64,000 nucleotides of DNA from the NCBI GenBank assembly GCA_020072965.1, contig JAIQFY010000022.1, positions 10,891 to 74,890 on the forward strand. Direction: 5' to 3'. The position numbers were made by a program, and so were the translations under genes. Origin of the DNA: Terriglobia bacterium. Its GTDB lineage: Bacteria > Acidobacteriota > Terriglobia > JAIQFV01. Shown in pieces: positions 59,971 through 64,000 of the stretch (positions are counted from its first letter, which is position 1; the number at the start of each line of letters is the position of its first letter). Below the pieces are notes generated by a model. That model was not told the origin of the DNA. It did no database searches and worked only from the letters and a program-made list of their open reading frames with translations.

Positions 59971-62769
59971 ATGGAGTTCAAGTCCAAGCGAGTGCTGTGG
60001 GTAAGCATCGGGGGCCTGGTGATGGTGTCCACTCTGGCGTTGGTGGGGTGGCGCATGTCGATCTGGAATCGGACAGGCTGGACAGGGATGGTTTACATCT
60101 TTGACGCCAAGCAGTCCAGTGTCCGGCAGACCTTTTGGGGATTCAAGCCAGGTTCCGTGATGGCCATTCATCCGGCTAGCCCTGCCGAACAAGCCGGCAT
60201 TCAACGGGGCGATCAGGTGGTGAAGATCGATGGAATTCCCACCCATGACCTTCAACAACTCCAGAAGCATATGAACATGCTCAGGGTGGGAGATGTGGTT
60301 CGCTTTACCATCCAGCGGGACAGAGAGCAACGCGACCTCCTCCTGCCCATTCGCAGCCCCCTCCATTCCCGGGAAGTGCCCATCGCGTTGAGCAGCAGCC
60401 TGGTGGTCGGGTTGATGTTCTTTGGCATTGGGTTGTTGGTCTATTGGAAGAAATTTGACGACCGGCGAGCGTTCGTGTTTTACCTCATGTCAACGGTCAC
60501 GGCGGCCTATTTTTTGATGCAGCCGATGGCACAACTGGACGCGAGTTCGACGCGCGGATTAATGCCCTCCGGAGCGCTGAGCAGATCGGAAATGATGGTG
60601 ACGTTCTTGTTTGCCTTCTTCGCGCTGGTTGTCGTGCCCTTGCTGTTCCATCTCACCTTGATCTTTCCCCGCCGCCGGCCCATTCTTCAGGCCTTCCCGA
60701 AGATCCTCTGGTGGGTGTACGGGATCCCCATTGCCGCCGTCATTGGAGTCGTTTTGGGAACGATGGCGTTGGCGCTGCTCCCGGCCAGCCGGGCCCCCAT
60801 CGCGGCCACGATAGTATTGCCGCTGCTTGGAATAGGTGCCCTCATCCGGTTCAGTGGCTTGCGCCGCTGGCGATCCGAGCGATGGGGGAAGCTTCTTCTT
60901 TCAGAACCGGTGCCCGGAATGCTTCTGTGGATTGGAGTGGAGTTCCTGCTGGTGGGAGCTGCGGGGCTGGGGCTGCGGGTTTCTCATTCCTCATGGCTCA
61001 AGGCCTCGCTGGGCCTCATCGTGCCTGGGCTTTCCGGCATACTCCTTGGGATCTATTACATCGCGTTCTTGCCCGTAGCCACCTGTATCGCCCTGGCCCG
61101 CAGCTATCGTGAGAGCGGGCCGGAAGAGAAGAGACAGGTGAAATGGCCCCTGTGGGGAACTCTGACAGCCGTTGCGGGCCATCTGGTTATATCACTCGCT
61201 GTGCTCATTTTCACGTTGGTAGTGCTTTTGCCCTCGGGCAGGGTGACCAGCTATACGGTCAATGTCCCCGTAGGGATCATCCAGAAGTTGCTCTACCTGT
61301 TGATTCCTATCTCCTTCGCGTTTGCAATTCTAAAGCACCGGCTGATGGAAATCGATCTCCTCATCAAGCGGACCGTGAGTTATTCCCTCCTCACGGGATT
61401 CATCGTGGTGCTCTATTTTTCTTTAACGGGAGGGGTAGGGTTGTTGCTGCTGAAGTTTGCGCCCATCCGGGGCGAGTGGATGACGGTGGCCTCTACGTTG
61501 ATCGTCGCGGCGGTTTTTGTGCCGGCCCGCAGCCGCATGCAGCGGTTTGTGGACCGGCGCTTTTTCCGCACCCGGTACGATTACTCCCAGGCATTGAGGA
61601 ACGTCAGCCGTGAAACGTCGGAGAGTACGGAGTTGGCCCCGCTGCTGCGCTCGCTTGCGGAACATCTGCAGCAAGCGTTGCAGAACCGGGCGGTGGTCAT
61701 ATTCTCCCGGGCCACAGGCGAGCATATTTTCTGGGCGACGGCGAAGATCGGAGTCCCCGACGATGTCCTGGGACGATTGCGATTTGAGGGCCAGAGTCGT
61801 GTGTTGTCGTTTATGGAAGAGCCTTTCCTCGTCAGGGACAAGGAACTCCCGCCGGAGGAGTTGCGCCGGCTGCGCGAGGTGAAGAGCGAGTACATCGTTC
61901 CGGTGCGCTTGAAGGGTGACTTGCTCGCCTTCCTCAGCCTTTCGGGCAAACTGTCGGACGCCGCCTACGACCGTGAGGATCGGGAGTTTCTAATCGCAGT
62001 GGCGGAGCAAATGGCGGTGGGGGTGTATAACCTGCACCTTCGAAAGCAGACCCAGGAGTTCGCAGAGGCGCGGGAAATCCAGCAGGCACTGCTGCCTAAG
62101 GAGACCCCACAGCTGTCCGGTTGTGAGATCTCCAGCGCCTGGCAACCCTCGCGCATGGTGGGCGGAGATTATTTCGATGTCTTGAAGTTCAGCGATACCC
62201 GGGCGGCGCTCTGCATCGCGGACGTCTCCGGCAAAGGAATGCCGGCCGCGTTGTTGATGTCGAATCTCCAGGCCGCCGTAAAGGCGTTCTCGGGTGAATC
62301 GGTCGAACCGAAGGAGTTGTGTGGCCGGGTCAATCGCATGATATGCAGCCATATCGCGCAGGGAAAGTTCATCACCTTCTTTTACGTGTGCGTCGATTCA
62401 GAAAAGAAGACCCTGACCTATGTGAATGCGGGCCACAGCTCCCCTCTCCTGTTCCGGGGCGATGGATCGATCGAGCGGATGGAAAAGGGTGGGGCGGTTC
62501 TGGGGGTATTCAAGGACTGGAGTTACGAACAGGGCGCGCTCACGCTCCTCCCGGGAGACCGCATGGTCTTGTTCACCGATGGCATCACGGAAGCCACCTG
62601 TGATGGAGAACAGGAATTCGGCGAAACAGGGGTGGTGGAAGCCATCCGGCCAAATATCCAAATGAGCGCCTCCGCCTTGCAGCAGAAATTGATGCACACG
62701 GTCACCGAGTTCTGCCTCGGAGAATTTCAAGACGACGCCACCCTGCTGGTCCTCGCCGTCCACGCCTGA
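59971..62769 (+). CDS. Membrane sensor phosphatase: PDZ + multi-TM + GAF-like + SpoIIE/RsbU PP2C
   Basis: SPAEQAGIQRGD (PDZ), many TM segments, GAF-like region, AREIQQALLP, VGGDYFD, ADVSGKG, FTDGITEA, DDAT. Confidence 0.9.
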   Translation: MEFKSKRVLWVSIGGLVMVSTLALVGWRMSIWNRTGWTGMVYIFDAKQSSVRQTFWGFKPGSVMAIHPASPAEQAGIQRGDQVVKIDGIPTHDLQQLQKHMNMLRVGDVVRFTIQRDREQRDLLLPIRSPLHSREVPIALSSSLVVGLMFFGIGLLVYWKKFDDRRAFVFYLMSTVTAAYFLMQPMAQLDASSTRGLMPSGALSRSEMMVTFLFAFFALVVVPLLFHLTLIFPRRRPILQAFPKILWWVYGIPIAAVIGVVLGTMALALLPASRAPIAATIVLPLLGIGALIRFSGLRRWRSERWGKLLLSEPVPGMLLWIGVEFLLVGAAGLGLRVSHSSWLKASLGLIVPGLSGILLGIYYIAFLPVATCIALARSYRESGPEEKRQVKWPLWGTLTAVAGHLVISLAVLIFTLVVLLPSGRVTSYTVNVPVGIIQKLLYLLIPISFAFAILKHRLMEIDLLIKRTVSYSLLTGFIVVLYFSLTGGVGLLLLKFAPIRGEWMTVASTLIVAAVFVPARSRMQRFVDRRFFRTRYDYSQALRNVSRETSESTELAPLLRSLAEHLQQALQNRAVVIFSRATGEHIFWATAKIGVPDDVLGRLRFEGQSRVLSFMEEPFLVRDKELPPEELRRLREVKSEYIVPVRLKGDLLAFLSLSGKLSDAAYDREDREFLIAVAEQMAVGVYNLHLRKQTQEFAEAREIQQALLPKETPQLSGCEISSAWQPSRMVGGDYFDVLKFSDTRAALCIADVSGKGMPAALLMSNLQAAVKAFSGESVEPKELCGRVNRMICSHIAQGKFITFFYVCVDSEKKTLTYVNAGHSSPLLFRGDGSIERMEKGGAVLGVFKDWSYEQGALTLLPGDRMVLFTDGITEATCDGEQEFGETGVVEAIRPNIQMSASALQQKLMHTVTEFCLGEFQDDATLLVLAVHA

Positions 62770-62893
62770 CATCGAAGCCGTTGGATTCTCGGCCGCTGGG
62801 AACGTGGAGATACACAAGAATTAATGCGATGTGAACTTTTCTGTTTTCTTCCCCTGTTTTGGCCTATGAGTAACCCCCCAATCTCAAGACTCA

Positions 62894-63237
62894 AATCCCC
62901 CCACCGGCAGGTGGGGGATTATTCAGGTTCACCCTACCTACGGGAATGGTTTGACTTTGAAATCCCACCAGTCCGCCCAGGCGGAGTGGATCGTTCAAAT
63001 CCCACCTTTCGCTAAGTCTGGGTTCACAAACCCCCACGGCTTGCCCACCGAAGACTCAAAAAACTGGCTGATGCCTAGCAATGGAGCAATCAATCCAATT
63101 TAAAGGGCATGGTATTTTCGTTTTGAGTTCGTATCCGAACTATTCCCCAACTCCCGTTGGGGGGTTCAAGAGGGGAGTGGGGAAGACGCCCCAGTAGGCT
63201 GACTCTGAATCATCCCCCGACTTCCGTCGGGGGGATT
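62894..63237. repeat. Composite multi-hairpin repeat, copy B, plus one extra GTAG unit
   Basis: Same order and orientation as 59511-59787; extra unit GTAGGCTGACTCTGAATCATCCCCCGACTTCCGTCGGGGGGATT at 63194-63237. Confidence 0.85.
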
Positions 63238-63351
63238 CGAGGAAACTGGGACGGCGGCACCCGTCTCCATGCGGTCGCGCTGGGCTTCCCCTCTGTGCGG
63301 CCATATCCGCCACGCAACCCAAGTTGCAAAGCAAATTCTCCTCCAGCGACT

Positions 63352-63999
63352 TCATTTCCCAACTGGCAATGGCGATCCGCTCTCGCCGAAGAAGTTTACT
63401 GACGCACTCGATGACGAGCTGGTGGAATTAATCAAAATGATCTGCGTGCTGTAACCTCCCCCGTCGGCGATCTGTGGAAAGACGACCGGGCTCGGGGCCG
63501 GACGCGTCAAATCGGCAATCGGGAACGTCGTCAGCAATCCGTCTCCCCGCGTGTTGTTGAGCGACCGGAGCGTCAAGGCGGCAAAGGGAGTGGTAGAGGT
63601 AATATCCATAACGCCCTGGAATCCGTTCGTCAGATCACTCAACAATTGATCCGCAAACCGGGCCGTGTGCCCGTTAGCCGGCAAGGAGATATTGGCGACT
63701 TGCGTTGTTCCATCGGATTTCGTGACACTGACCTGCACGGCTCGAGCCAATCCCGAGGCATCGGCAATGGCCAGACCCGTATTGTGCCCGCCTGATTTGT
63801 CCACGTAAATCCGGGCCCGCGTAGTCAGCGCCGAAGACGGGATCCCGGATTCAGTGACCAGGTTGCCCCCACTCGTAAAGCCGAAGACTCCAGCGCCGAT
63901 CGGGGCGGTATTCCCTGCATCCGGAATCACCCGCACTGAACCTGCACCGACGTTGCTTTGTCCTCCTCCAGTGGTCAAGACCCGGGCGCCGCGCGGCGG
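63352..63999 (-). CDS. C-terminal part of a large protein paralogous to the C-terminus of 50505-53885; start lies beyond the window
   Basis: Frame is open to the window edge; NLVTESGIPS...ARIYVD...LLTTFPIAD...FPQIADGGGY...PLPVGK. Confidence 0.85.
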   Translation of the reverse strand, partial: PPRGARVLTTGGGQSNVGAGSVRVIPDAGNTAPIGAGVFGFTSGGNLVTESGIPSSALTTRARIYVDKSGGHNTGLAIADASGLARAVQVSVTKSDGTTQVANISLPANGHTARFADQLLSDLTNGFQGVMDITSTTPFAALTLRSLNNTRGDGLLTTFPIADLTRPAPSPVVFPQIADGGGYSTQIILINSTSSSSSASVNFFGESGSPLPVGK

Positions 64000-64000
64000 G

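Noticed and set aside
59511-63237. CRISPR array
   Set aside because: The units are divergent, in mixed orientation, have conserved rather than unique spacers, and no cas genes are present.
48961-64000. tRNA-anchored genomic island or prophage
   Set aside because: No integrase, phage gene or duplicated tRNA 3' end was seen, and housekeeping-type genes (queD, SDRs) are interspersed.

Overview
64 kb of a bacterial chromosome, most likely Acidobacteriota. This is inferred from an ADOP/MacB-type duplicated-permease N-terminus at 1-609, an acidobacterial pilin-type domain and large secreted proteins with an FPQxADGGGY module. Most of the window is housekeeping or metabolic: comM, mltD-like, nadB-like, aroB, ubiE/menG, uvrB, eno, bcp x2, cysK, lutABC, mutM, cysS, yraN, galT, tRNA-Gly/tRNA-Cys, queD and a pteridine-reductase-type SDR. 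The best candidate for an undescribed system is a co-oriented three-gene block at 3784-9577. It encodes a catalytically intact patatin phospholipase, a ~1050-aa signal-less protein with very long amphipathic beta-hairpins, and a membrane protein with a GAPFWF motif, behind an unusual structured leader. Other oddities: an esterase-pilin-domain fusion; two secreted proteins sharing a C-terminal module ending PLPVGK, one preceded by an attenuator-like terminator; an AhpD-like protein with Trp at the Cys/Sec position; a NadB with degenerate N-terminal motifs; two broken HUH/Y1 transposases; and several families of REP-like and heptamer repeats, including ~280-bp direct repeats flanking a PDZ-membrane-GAF-PP2C gene. 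All calls come from reading the sequence and recalling motifs; no database searches were run.
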